Part shown: in pieces, positions 14,704 through 27,478 of the stretch
How positions within the stretch are numbered: position 1 is the first letter of the stretch
Layout: every line of letters begins with the position of its first letter
Assembly (NCBI RefSeq): GCF_001194135.2
Contig: NC_069001.1
Location: 22,625,904 to 22,689,903, forward strand
Source of the DNA: Octopus bimaculoides
Lineage: Eukaryota
Reading direction: 5' to 3'
Length of the DNA stretch: 64,000 nt
Notes under the pieces: model-generated
Databases searched by the model: none
What the model saw: only the letters and a program-made list of their open reading frames with translations
Told to the model about the DNA's origin: nothing
Translations under genes and position numbers: made by a program

Positions 14704-15242
14704 GAAAATCCACAAAACTCTGCAGTTTCTATTTCTATAATAACATCCAAAGAGAAATCAGATCACTTTCGAAGAATGTTACTACAAAGTGTCTTTAAGA
14801 CAGAAACTAGTCACAAGACTATATTTTATTATATTTCTAAATACAAAAACGTTTCTTTTATGCTTTCATTTTCTCTTTTCTTCTTTCGATTCCTCTTTCT
14901 TCTTAAATGGTCAAATCAAACCAATTTTGTTTTTTCTTTATGCTTGGCTTCTAATAGGGAAACGTAACCATTTAAACACGCCCAACTTAATATGGATATG
15001 AATTATCGTAAACTCAAGTGTCCACAACAAATAACTTTTATGCATGATTCTGAAGAATCGATCTTCGATTATGCGTCTAGGACACCTTCTACATCAATGG
15101 TTGCATATATGATTGCATAATATAGCAATCCTCATGCGATTGATTTTCGATGAAACAATTATAAATCAATGACTTAAAAGAACTAACTCACTCCATTCTT
15201 CTTGGTTATAATTGTAGAAACTGCGGATTTTTGTGGATTTTC
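14704..15242. mobile_element. MITE-like element with 28-bp TIRs
   Basis: 14704-14731 GAAAATCCACAAAACTCTGCAGTTTCTA vs reverse complement of 15215-15242 GAAAATCCACAAAAATCCGCAGTTTCTA (26/28). No coding capacity; no clear TSD. Confidence 0.6.
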
Positions 15243-16214
15243 AGGCATGTCTTTGATTTAACAAACAATCCTCCGATTACAATTTATCTGATAGCCTGGA
15301 CCAGGGGATGAGCTTAATATTGTAATCTTCAGGGTTAAGACCAAAAGGAAATTATTATGTGTATATTTATGTATATATTTATGTTTGTGTGTGTACATAT
15401 ATACATGCTTACATATGTATGTATATTTTCATATATATTTACATATATGTCATATAATGTAAAATATGAGTTAGAAATACCTTCTTGCCATTTAGACACG
15501 TGATTATGCAAATTTTTATAATCTGCCTGGTGTCTACAATCTATCTTCAGGTTCTAAGCACTTGGTTTGTTCTATTTGGAAGTCAAGAGACAGGTGCATG
15601 ACAAAAAGCGAGAAAAACCGAGAGAGTTGATGTCAACAGTGGAATGAGAAGACAAAGGGTTATTATAAAGATTGTCTTACCTTCTTAGATGCAATTGGTT
15701 ACAGATTCCACCATACATTTGTACTAACTTTTCTGGTTGTGGTGTTAATTTCAATAAGTTAATATTCTAACTCGTATGATGCTTAATATACCCACATTCC
15801 TCTTTTTTGTCGACATACGACAATGAGTTATTTTCTTTGCTCATTTTCAACCTATTATGCAAATTACAGCGTGTCAAACATGTGTTGTTCTCTTTTATGT
15901 ATATGTGTACGTTTCTCATGTGATGCAGATCTGACTAAGCAACTGCTGTGCTGATAACGTCTGTTGAAGCTGAAACATGTCTCTACACAATCATACTTTC
16001 CTTGTCCTAATGACATGTCAGTTGAAGAGAATTCTTACTTTATTTAAGTTAGTCCCAAATACTTCCAGGCGATCGATGTAAATTCTAAATCAAGAATTAA
16101 TTCAAGATGATAATGATATACCCTTCTGTACACATGCGCACGCACATACATACGCATACACACAAGTACAAACACATACATACATACATACATACATACA
16201 TACATACATACATA

Positions 16215-16605
16215 AGTATGTACCATCATAAAGCCAGCTTTCCTGCTGATGTGAATATCTTTTTGAAAATCAAAGAGAAAAAAGTAATTATGGGCAACTG
16301 CTTCGAAACCTCCAGCTTTTATATTTGGATTCCGAATTTACATTTATACTAATAATAATTGGAACACTTAGTTTTGTAAGTAAATGTCTAGGTGACAGTC
16401 TGGATAAGCTTGGGTTTTCAGAAAAAGAAATCAATCAACTGATTCGCACATTACAAATACAATCTGTAAGTGGAACAGTAAAAGCATGCAAAACTTTTCC
16501 AAGTTTAAAATGCGACATTGTTTTCGTTAACTACATTCCAAATATGAAGTTCTGTATCTTTGTTAGAAACCATCTTCAGAGGAAAAATTTTAATGATTAA
16601 GTGCA
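16215..16605 (+). mobile_element. R4/Dong-type LINE extreme 3' end (same subfamily as 11380-12700)
   Basis: ASFPADVNIFLKI..LLRNLQLLY..FTFILIIIGTL..DKLGFSEKEINQLIRTLQIQSVSGTVKACKTF parallels the end of the 11380 copy. It is preceded by (TACA)n. Confidence 0.8.
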
Positions 16606-16606
16606 G

Positions 16607-16645
<39 letters not shown>

Positions 16646-17999
16646 ACATTACGGTAGGTAATTATCAGGTAATTGTCAACCAAGTAATTGCTAGATAATT
16701 TAAACAGAGTATATATTTTGAGAAAAATTTTACAGTTTTTCAACTAATCTGCATTTCGATTTGTTCGTAGGGCAGATTTTCCTGTCTCTGAAGGCAATTT
16801 TCACATGTGTCTACATGGTGGTACTTTTGCTCAACACATTCTTTTTCTTCCAACGCCAAGCNNNNNNNNNNTTGTTCGTAGGGCAGATTTTCCTGTCTCT
16901 GAAGGCAATTTTCACATGTGTCTACATGGTGGTACTTTTGCTCAACACATTCTTTTTCTTCCAACGCCAAGCTTCAGTTTTTTTCTCTCAATAATAAAAG
17001 TCAATCTTTATACCAGACACCAGGGAGTGAAATCATTTCCAATTTTCTACAATATATATATATATATATATATAGATAAGTCCATGTTCAAATCCTTTGT
17101 GTCTATCTTGAAACAACGTTAGATTCTGAACAAAAGTATCTTTGTGCACTTTTTGCTAAAGGCCAGCTATTAGCACTGCAACTCTGTTAAGATCCTTTAT
17201 CTGATATATGGCATGTATAGCAAACCCAGCTGAGAAAACCTTTTTTCGACAACAAGAAGACAGTATATATTATCAATAGAGGCAGTATTAATACCGATCG
17301 GTAATATTTATCCCCACTTAAACGTGAATGTTCTATTAGAAAAAACTATACTTCTCATATTGGGTTTTTAGTGCAAGATACACTCTTGTTTATATCACTA
17401 GCGGCGAGATAAATCCCTGGTTCCTTCAGCGCCGAGACCAGCAGATCACATGACGCTGACCTAGTTAGGTCTTGTCAATGATAGGCACCCGACCGCTACA
17501 GACTGCAGAGATCCATCTCCATGCCAGTGCTATATAGAATAACAGTAACATGCATATACTTCAAACTTTCCTTGCCAGGGGTAGAGGAAAGGGCAATGCA
17601 CTTACCAGTCACCTACCTTCTTACAACGGTGACGTTGAAGCTATTACTACTCTACTTGGGTGTTTGTAAGTCAACACTTGCGGGGAAACATATCAGAAGA
17701 ACGAGAATTCCAGAGAGCTTAGTCTCTGAGAGTGTATACGGATCACACACACACACACACACACATTCTCAAAAACACGTGCATATGTGTACATATGAAT
17801 AAGTGTGCATGTGTATGTTTGTATGTGTGCGCGCGCGCAGTAAATATTTAATGCTATCAGAAACTAAATCAAAGTATTGAGTTAATTGTTATTGAAATAT
17901 GGGGCTTTGCTAAAACTTCAAACCTCCAAGTTTCATAAAATGGAACTCTTTCTGTAATAATCATCAGATTAGAAAACGAAACATCTCACAGCTCTGTGA

Positions 18000-20351
18000 A
18001 AATTATAAAATTATTTTATATATGTGTGTGTATATGCGTATATTATATTATAGAGATTTAAAACTAGGTGTTTTACTCATTATATATATATATATAAAGT
18101 ATAGAAAGGGATATGCATACACGAATACATACACACATACNNNNNNNNNNNNNNNNNNNNNNNNNNNNNNNNNNNNNNNNNNNNNNNNNNNNNNNNNNNN
18201 NNNNNNNNNNNNNNNNNNNNNNNNNNNNNNNNNNNNNNNNNNNNNNNNNNNNNNNNNNNNNNNNNNNNNNNNNNNNNNNNNNNNNNNNNNNNNNNNNNNN
18301 NNNNNNNNNNNNNNNNNNNNNNNNNNNNNNNNNNNNNNNNNNNNNNNNNNNNNNNNNNNNNNNNNNNNNNNNNNNNNNNNNNNNNNNNNNNNNNNNNNNN
18401 NNNNNNNNNNNNNNNNNNNNNNNNNNNNNNNNNNNNNNNNNNNNNNNNNNNNNNNNNNNNNNNNNNNNNNNNNNNNNNNNNNNNNNNNNNNNNNNNNNNN
18501 NNNNNNNNNNNNNNNNNNNNNNNNTATGTATATACATAAATATATAACTGTATGTGTTTATATTGTGTTCTCACTACATAACTCTATTACTTCTGCCCAT
18601 TTACTTCTCGGTTTGGATATAGTTTTAAATATTTGCTGATTTCATCTCTTGTTATTTAGTTATTCAAGCAAGCGCACATCTGCCCATACATACCTACTCG
18701 CTCACACCCATATATATATATGTGTGTGTGTGTGCGTATGTATGTACATACACAGCCTTGCATATACATACAGGAAATTAAAATCAATATAAATAGAATT
18801 ATTGTTCGTTTGTTATATACAATTGTTTTCTTGTGTATTTCTTTTAGCTTTTCACATTGACAATGATATATTGACGTAAATTGTGAATTTAAATTAGCTT
18901 TATTGTTTGATTTTATCTCTCTATATGTACGTACGTATGTGTGCACATATACATACACATATATACATGTATATATATATATATAATCATATACGTATAT
19001 GTTTATCCAATGATGTATGAGTATAGTTACACGTAAATATATCTATACACACATATATATATATAGACATATATACATAAAACACACATATACATATACA
19101 TACATATATATATATATATACATACACTTATATATACATGTATGTATATATGCACATATATAAACATACATATATAAACATACATATATCTATATACATG
19201 TATATACATATGTATATAAACATATACTTAAACATACATAAATACATACCTACACACACACACATATATATATATGTCGTATTTTGTGTATTTGTTCAGT
19301 GAAAAGACAAAGAAGCAAAAATCTCACCCAAGAGATTTTATTCGAAGTGAACTTGTAAGATTTCCTCTTGAAAATAAGACATATGCCTTATATCAGCTAA
19401 TTAAATAGATTTTAACAACACATTGCTGCCTTCATTTGCATCCCTGATTTCATTATCATTTTTTCACGTTCACTATCGTTAGCTCCTCCTCCTCCTCCTC
19501 CNNNNNNNNNNNNNNNNNNNNNNNNNNNNNNNNNNNNNNNNNNNNNNNNNNNNNNNNNNNNNNNNNNNNNNNNNNNNNNNNNNNNNNNNNNNNNNNNNNN
19601 NNNNNNNNNNNNNNNNNNNNNNNNNNNNNNNNNNNNNNNNNNNNNNNNNNNNNNNNNNNNNNNNNNNNNNNNNNNNNNNNNNNNNNNNNNNNNNNNNNNN
19701 NNNNNNNNNNNNNNNNNNNNNNNNNNNNNNNNNNNNNNNNNNNNNNNNNNNNNNNNNNNNNNNNNNNNNNNNNNNNNNNNNNNNNNNNNNNNNNNNNNNN
19801 NNNNNNNNNNNNNNNNNNNNNNNNNNNNNNNNNNNNNNNNNNNNNNNNNNNNNNNNNNNNNNNNNNNNNNNNNNNNNNNNNNNNNNNNNNNNNNNNNNNN
19901 NNNNNNNNNNNNNNNNNNNNNNNNNNNNNNNNNNNNNNNNNNNNNNNNNNNNNNNNNNNNNNNNNNNNNNNNNNNNNNNNNNNNNNNNNNNNNNNNNNNN
20001 NNNNNNNNNNNNNNNNNNNNNNNNNNNNNNNNNNNNNNNNNNNNNNNNNNNNNNNNNNNNNNNNNNNNNNNNNNNNNNNNNNNNNNNNNNNNNNNNNNNN
20101 NNNNNNNNNNNNNNNNNNNNNNNNNNNNNNNNNNNNNNNNNNNNNNNNNNNNNNNNNNNNNNNNNNNNNNNNNNNNNNNNNNNNNNNNNNNNNNNNNNNN
20201 NNNNNNNNNNNNNNNNNNNNNNNNNNNNNNNNNNNNNNNNNNNNNNNNNNNNNNNNNNNNNNNNNNNNNNNNNNNNNNNNNNNNNNNNNNNNNNNNNNNN
20301 NNNNNNNNNNNNNNNNNNNNNNNNNNNNNNNNNNNNNNNNNNNNNNNNNNA

Positions 20352-20418
<67 letters not shown>

Positions 20419-20571
20419 GAAGGCGGCGAGCTGGCTGATTCGTTAGCACGCTGGACGAAATGCTTCGCAGTATTTCGTCCGTTGCTACGTTCTGGGTTCA
20501 AAGTCCGCCAAGGTTGACTTTGCCTTTCATCCTTTTGGGGTCGATTAATTGACTACCAATGAAACACTGGG

Positions 20572-20621
<50 letters not shown>

Positions 20622-20740
20622 CATTGTCGTCATCTTCATCATCATCACTATAACTACCACCACCACCCGATCATCGCCATTACATCATCATCATCTACAC
20701 CTCCATCATCATCATTATCGTTATCATCACCTTCATTATT
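18000..20740. repeat. TA/CA-rich and (ATT)/(CAT) microsatellite blocks around gaps
   Basis: Directly visible. Confidence 0.9.
19300..19354 (+). CDS. Candidate internal exon
   Basis: Acceptor attttgtgtatttgttcag| and donor CTT|GTAAGA. Two frames are open (EKTKKQKSHPRDFIRSEL or KRQRSKNLTQEILFEVN). Confidence 0.35.
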
Positions 20741-21590
20741 ATATATATGCTGACTTGGTTCCAAATGCCTCTTAAAAATTCTGGATATTTTCAATGAATA
20801 CCCATTGAGCAAGATATGCATTTTCCCTATCCTACAAGCTATCATTGAACAATCTTGATGTTTACTTATAAAGGTTTCAGTGAAAAAAGGTATTCTATTC
20901 TCAGGCATTTTGTTTTTCTGATTTGTGCACGCCTATGCTCCATAGAGATATGCATCAAGTCACAGAGCTTGTAGGAGCATTGGCACGCCGGGCCAAATGC
21001 TTAGCGGCATTTCGTCTGTCCTTACGTTCTGAGTTCAAATTCCGCCGAGGTCGATTTTGCCTTTCATCCTTTCGGGGTCGATAAAAGAAGTACAAGTTGA
21101 ATACTGGGTCAAAGGACTTACCTCCTCCCCCGACCTTACTGGCCTTGTGACAAAATTTGAAATAAATAGATCATTGGTAGAACGCACAGAAACAAAACTA
21201 ACGAATTTGAACCAAAACCTAAAAGAATTTAAGCCAAAATAAAGAAGACAAACAATACGTTTGAACGAAAACGCAAATACTCAGAATAGAAACATAATGA
21301 CACTTCTTAAGCTAATAAGATTCATGGAAACAATTGGCTTCATATACCTCATGCTTAAATCCTAAGATGGGGAGTGAAGACAAGCTATGCTGGTAGAACA
21401 GTCGCTTGTTGAAACATTTACTTCAACTATTGGCACAAGGCCAGTTATTTCAGGGGAGGAAGTAAGTCAATTACATCTACCCCAGTGTTCAACTGGTATT
21501 TATTTTATCAACCCCGAAAGGATGTAAGACAAAGCCGACCTCACCGGAATTTGGACTTAAAACGTAAATACGAACGAAATGCCGTTATCC
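20420..21590. repeat. SINE family A, three copies (20420-20570 +, 20980-21170 +, 21425-21590 -)
   Basis: Same diagnostic body motifs as the other family A copies. Confidence 0.85.
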
Positions 21591-21624
21591 ACTTGTTGAA
21601 ATATTAATCCCATAACAAATGAGA

Positions 21625-21802
21625 AAAATACAGAGGCGCAGGTGTGGCTCTGGTAAGAAGCGTGGTTCCCAACCATACATGGTTCCGGGCTCAGTTCCAC
21701 TGTGTGGCGCCTTTGACACGTGACTTCTACTATAGTCTCGGGCTTGTGAGTGGATTTAATAGAGGGAGGCTGAAAGAAGCTCGTCGTGTATATATATATA
21801 TA

Positions 21803-21853
<51 letters not shown>

Positions 21854-22085
21854 GTGTGTGTATGTATGTATGTATGTATTTATGTCTGTCTGTGTTTGTT
21901 CCCCACCACCGCTTGACAACCGGTGTTGATGTATTTGTTTACCCGTAACCTAGCGGTTCGGCGAAAGCGAACGATAGAAAAAGTACCAATCTTTAGAAAA
22001 AAAAAGTACTTTATTCAACTAAAAATTCAAGGTGGTGTCCCAGTATGGCCGCATTCTAATGACTGAAACAAGTAAAAGATAAAAG
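21625..22085 (+). repeat. SINE family B, full-length, with internal (TA)/(TG) microsatellite
   Basis: tRNA-like head ggcgcaggtgtggct..ggtaagaagc..ggttccgggctcagttcc, then ..gaaagaagctcgtcg(TA)(TG)n, then the 3' half ending gactgaaacaagtaaaaga. Confidence 0.9.
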
Positions 22086-22879
22086 AAAGCTAATATCGTT
22101 TACCTTTTGCTAGTTTACAGCTTGGTGATGGATGATTAGCAGATGTTGAGTGCTGAGGAGGCTATTAACGTCATGTGGTTAGCTGGTGATATCTATGAAC
22201 ATAAAAATCCTGATGATACCGAAGAGGATAAAACGATTCTGGAGTTATGCCTAGACTGTTAGACTAGCTTCTATGCAAGTGACAGTGATGGATATTCAAA
22301 GTCTTTGAACAGTGACTGCTATTTACAAACCGGAGATCTGGTTTGAATGCTTGCAAGAAAATGGATTCCATTAAAAGCACCCAGTAACCAGCTCAGGATG
22401 TCATATCGGGTAAATAGATTAAGTCAGCCAACCAAGTAGTCCTAGAAGGATTTGAAAACACAATGCTAAGATCCAAAACTAAACTATGAGAAAGCATCTC
22501 ATCCGGCGCTTAAGCGGTTTTGCCATTTAATCTACTCTAAAGATTAACTTCACCATGACATGAACTCAAAAGCAAGGTGCCAAAGGAAAAGTGTAAAATA
22601 TTTCGTTAGATTCTAATAATTCTGTTATTAACCACCTCGGGCGGCCATACCGATTTGCACTTCTGGAATGGCGGACGCCATCAGCAGCTGCTCTAGCAGT
22701 AATTTGTTAGAACTGGATAGTGTTCCCTTTGAACATTATTCCAGAATGCCAGACTAGTTCGCACTCTCATGGTAAAGAGTTTCTGGAATTGACAACAGAT
22801 TGCAAATATTCTAAGTTAAGCAAGCTGGAGTGATATCGCGATAATGGAACGACAAGGAGGGAATATAAAAAAAATTCTT

Positions 22880-23440
22880 GGTCTTAACTATTATGATCGC
22901 AGGGAATACTCATGTCAATTAATAAACACATCTTTGTCTGATTTTTTATAATAATATCCGGTTTATTAGCTTTTATAGTTTTGTCGGTATGTACGGGGAA
23001 GTCCCAGAGAATCGATACATTTTCTCCCTCAGTCACAGCTTCAGGATAGTGTTTATACCATTTGTCAGCGGTTTTGATTTTATAATGCCGACATATTGTC
23101 CAGTGTAAATACTGGCTAACTCTGTCATGTCTTGCTTTATATTCTACAGGTGCTAAGACTCTACACCCTAAGATTAGGTGGTCTATAGTTTCAATCGCAT
23201 CATTACAGAATCGGCATTTTGAGTCAGATCCATTTTTTATCACATTGGCTTGGTAGTTCCGGTTTAATAAGCTTTGGGCTTGAGCAGCCAATATGAAACC
23301 TTCACTCTCTGCTTTTAGCCCTGAGCTTCGTAACCATTGATGTGTGTGTTTCTGGTCGACATAAGCTTGTTTGCTGCGAGCCACATACTTACTATGCAGA
23401 GGTTTCTGTTCCCATCTGCTAGCTAATTTTTCATGTGCTT
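22880..23440 (-). mobile_element. R4/Dong-type LINE fragment (zinc knuckle + RLE start)
   Basis: ORF 22884-23384: ESEGFILAAQAQSL..CRFCNDAIETIDHLILGC..RHDRV..LWDFPVHTDKTIKANKPDIII. Confidence 0.9.
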
Positions 23441-23467
23441 TTGTCCTTGTTATTATTATTATTATTG

Positions 23468-23858
23468 TTCAGTAGTTTTATTTTTATAACGTGCTTTCAC
23501 TTCACTACCGAGCGCAGCTTTGTGTGCCTTGCATATGTGCTGTGGTTTGCTGTGATGCTCTTATGGTTACTGTATTGAAAGTGTTTTGCGTAGGATGTGC
23601 GCAGTGCCCAGTAGTGCAATTTTCTGTATGTTATATATATTTGTAAGTCCTGGTGTTTTTGTTATGTATTTGTCTGAATATTTTTTTATTATACCTAAGG
23701 CGCCTACTATGATAGGAATTGTTTCTGTTTTTAGATTCCACATTCGAGTTATCTCTATTTCCAGGTCTTTGTATTTTGAAAGTTTTTCCATTTCTTTTAG
23801 AGAAACGTTGTCATCTGCTGGTATTGATACATCAATTAGAAAGCATTTTTTTCCTTCA
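23468..23858 (-). mobile_element. R4/Dong-type LINE 3' end with 3' UTR, flanked by (AAT)n on both sides
   Basis: KKCFLIDVSIPADDNVSLKEMEKLSKYKDLEIEITRMWNLKTETIPIIVGALG..QKIALLGTAHILRKTLSIQ* is uninterrupted. Confidence 0.9.
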
Positions 23859-24309
23859 TTATTATTATTATTATCATTATTATTATTATTACGATTATTA
23901 TTATTAAGACAATAGATTATGAAAATCGCTTGAGCATCGGACAAAATAGCTTGTATTCAGTTAAGGCCCATTACTATATTACATTGTCACTAACTTTGGA
24001 GCTAGACAACATCACCAGGACCCCTGGAGACATGTGTACTCAATGTTATTTATATAGTGAATCCTCTTTTAGGGGCAGTATCGTTCGACTTGACACCGTC
24101 AGTGGTGGCAAGCATGAAACAATGCTGCACTGCTGCAGAAGTCTTATAGAAGCTTACAGAAGTTTCTCAATTCCCATTCTTACTGAGGCAGACGTAATTG
24201 GTAAATGAAATGTCAATAACGGTTGCTATCAGTCAAGTGAAGTGTGAAATCATTGTACAAACAAGGTGCTATGTAGTCAGTGAATAGAGGCGATATAAAT
24301 AAATTCCTA

Positions 24310-24419
24310 TGAGCGTATATCTATCTATCTATATATATATGTATGTATGTATGTGTGCTTGTGTGTGCATATATATGTGTGTGTGTGTATATATGTGCGT
24401 GTGTGTGTATATATATATG

Positions 24420-24482
<63 letters not shown>

Positions 24483-24722
24483 ATGTGTGTATATGTGTAT
24501 GTATGTATATATACATATCTATATGTATACATATATATGCATATATATATAAATGTATATATATATGTATATATGTGTGTATATATATATACATGTATAT
24601 ATACATATACGTCATCATAATTATACACATATCTATATACACAATGTGTAATTATTTATATACATACATATACCTATATACCTATACGTATACATGATTA
24701 CCCATATATATGTATTGTGTGT

Positions 24723-24743
<21 letters not shown>
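24310..24743. repeat. Compound (TA)/(TG)/(TATG) microsatellite
   Basis: Directly visible. Confidence 0.95.
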
Positions 24744-24763
<20 letters not shown>

Positions 24764-25019
24764 NNNNNNNNNNNNNNNNNNNNNNNNNNNNNNNNNNNNN
24801 NNNNNNNNNNNNNNNNNNNNNNNNNNNNNNNNNNNNNNNNNNNNNNNNNNNNNNNNNNNNNNNNNNNNNNNNNNNNNNNNNNNNNNNNNNNNNNNNNNNN
24901 NNNNNNNNNNNNNNNNNNNNNNNNNNNNNNNNNNNNNNNNNNNNNNNNNNNNNNNNNNNNNNNNNNNNNNNNNNNNNNNNNNNNNNNNNNNNNATATACA
25001 TGCATATATATACAAGTTT

Positions 25020-26205
25020 ACACATCGATGGTAGACTGCGAGAGGGGCTGCATGATTTCCTGAAGGGCAGAAGTCAGGCTGTCACAACACCAAATAATGG
25101 TGCTCTCTCCGAAGTGACACCAATCTTCAGTAGAGTCCTCTGGGGAACAATGCTCGGACCACTACTGTTTATGGTTGCTGTCTCGGATATGCCCTCAACC
25201 ATAGAGTCAACCACATTCACCAGCTACGCCAACGATACAAAAGTATCGCAGTCGGTCAAGGATCCTACTGACATCCCAAGACCTCAAAATGACCTCAACG
25301 CAATATATAAGTGGGCAGATGAGAATAATATGAAGTTCAGTACCGCAAAGTTTCAAGCTTTCCGCTATCTGTCCACAAACTACAACTGAAGTACAAAGGG
25401 CCAGCAGGCAATGTGATCCCAGAGTTAGAGTCGGTGCGCGACCTAGGAATCCATATGAGCAACGACAAAACTTTCCATGTGCACATTCCTCAGACGGGAA
25501 TACTATGTAGGAGGATGGCAGGTTGGATCTTTAGATCCTTCAGGACCAGGAACAGAAACACAATGCTTCTGCTTTGGAGAACCTTTGTCCTCAGTCGTCT
25601 GAACTACTGCTCCCAACTTGGTCACCACAGAGCGTAAAACTGATTGCAGAACTAGAGGCAATCCAGCGCCACTACACAAAGAAGATAGATGTAGTAAAAC
25701 ACATGGGCTACTGGGAGAAATTAAAGGAACTGGGACTCTACTCCTTTGGGAAGAGACGTGAGAGATACGCAGTGCTATACATATGGAAAAATACTGAAGG
25801 GCCTACCTCCAAACTTCGGAATCGAAATCTACCGCAATCCCCGAACCGGACGGCATTGCACAATACCAAAAGATCCCATCGAGGATACAAACCCAATATT
25901 TGAATAGCTTGGGCTTTGAGGGACTACAAATTTTTAATACCCTCCCACAGAACATCAGGGATCTGCAAGGTGTAGGCATAGAAATCTTCAAAAAAAAACA
26001 AAAAACATCCAAATAGTTTCTTTTTTACTTGCAGTACCGGATAAACCCATAACGCGGCAGGAGGCGCAAAGAAGAGCGGCAATGTCCAACTCGTAACTTC
26101 ACTAGAACAATACTGGAAAAATCCCCGGATGCAGTGAAGACGGTGCATTAGCACGGCCTCAGCTTCTGGCTGAAACCCATAAAAGAAAATAAAAAGATAA
26201 AAGAA
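25020..26205 (+). mobile_element. CR1/L2-group LINE, RT + 3' end, 5'-truncated and frameshifted
   Basis: SRVLWGTMLGPLLF..SYANDTKV..QNDLNAIYKWADENNMKF (decayed SGVPQGxxLGPLLF/YADDTK), VRDLGI, FVLSRLNYCSQL, WSPQSVKLIAELEAIQRHYTKKI. Tail is (AAAAGAT)-like. Confidence 0.9.
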
Positions 26206-27164
26206 TATATTTTATATATGTACATATATGTACATATATACGTATAGCACCCACCCTATATCCCCTTACAAGAAGACCAACGCAACAACTAAAACGTAAG
26301 GCTCTATTTACCTATCACCACTATCACAACACCACATATATTACACCCAATAATTACTTCTCCTACATTTCGCACACCACAAACTTCGAATATACCCTTC
26401 ACCACTCTGAAGAGATCGGNNNNNNNNNNCTAAACCTCCACACTGACTCATTTCACAAGCTCCACATAATAAAACAACGGCTATCTAGTCCAACGAAAAT
26501 GCTTTTTCTTGTATTTGTTGCTCCATTCTCCAATAAATACATAAACTACGGTTTAAGCAACATATTACCTGCCTCTGGACGCCCTCTTCCCAAGACGGTA
26601 CCCATACAGGTGATCCCCAGGAGTGCCTCCGGATTTAAACATCCCCTGGTTGCTTGGATGCTTCAGACTACCCCTGAAGGATCGAGGCAAACCTACCACT
26701 CACCTATATATACACACACTAACCGAAATGTAGCCTTCCCTACGATATTCTTGTCTAGCTCCCGAGTAGGGATTTTTTGTGCCTTCTGTTTAAAGGCACA
26801 AAAAAGATCGTTAATAGATCGTAAATTTGAAGAATCTATAAAAAAAAAAGACCTGAAATGATATTAATAATTCTTTATTTGCATAAATATAATTTATCTA
26901 ACGTAAATGTGCCTAGTTAAAACTTCAACACATCTTATGGAAGCTTAGTAATACGGATTTTAATTAAGTGTCCCGTGTAAAAAGTATCTACAATGAAAGA
27001 AGTCGGTCAATACCGCATTTGATGGACTACCGCAAGCAAAAACGTAAATTAATCTTGATGTATATCTATATATTTTAGTGTGAATCTAGGCTCATGTTCA
27101 TAAATAATAATATTGCTGGGTGTGGACATCTCATCTGAGTGTAATATTGGCTTCAAATGTTGGC

Positions 27165-27320
27165 ACAAGCCAGCAATCTTGGCTGGAAGGAATAAGGGAG
27201 TATTCTACTAGTACCTATTTTAATGTCTTCGAAAGGGTAAAAGACAAAGTGAACCTCGGCGGAATTTGAACTCAGAACAAATTTCGGCCAGTATGGGCTA
27301 ACGATTCCGTCGGCTCGCCA
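27165..27320 (-). repeat. SINE family A copy
   Basis: ..gtgaacctcggcggaatttgaactcagaac..gctaacgattccgtcggctcgcc. Confidence 0.85.
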
Positions 27321-27433
27321 CGTTGATATTTTATGCAATATTGCAGTAGCTAATTTTTACTTCTCGTGCTCATCTCTGGTCAGGTGAGCCTTAAACAGTC
27401 TTGGTTGAGAAGGTATATGATTTCTGTGATTAC

Positions 27434-27478
27434 CTGTTTATTTTTCTGATGTAACTTATCTAGAATTGCGTTATCCAT
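27434..27478 (-). CDS. Candidate first coding exon of a minus-strand gene
   Basis: aaaaATGG start context, peptide MDNAILDKLHQKNKQ, donor CAG|GTAATC. Confidence 0.3.

Noticed and set aside
15190-15250. Minus-strand exon-like frame MPENPQKSAVSTIITKKNG ending at GTGAGT
   Set aside because: It overlaps the right TIR of the 14704-15242 element, and the same sequence occurs inverted at 14704.
16761-16972. Exact 101-bp direct repeat flanking a 10-N gap, giving the duplicated ORF ALEEKECVEQKY..
   Set aside because: Identical copies on either side of a placeholder gap are the signature of unmerged overlapping contig ends, not a biological repeat.
17607-17740. Minus-strand donor CTG|GTAAGT preceded by a GC-richer segment
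   Set aside because: All frames are closed and there is no clear acceptor. It could be a UTR exon, but the sequence alone does not support this.
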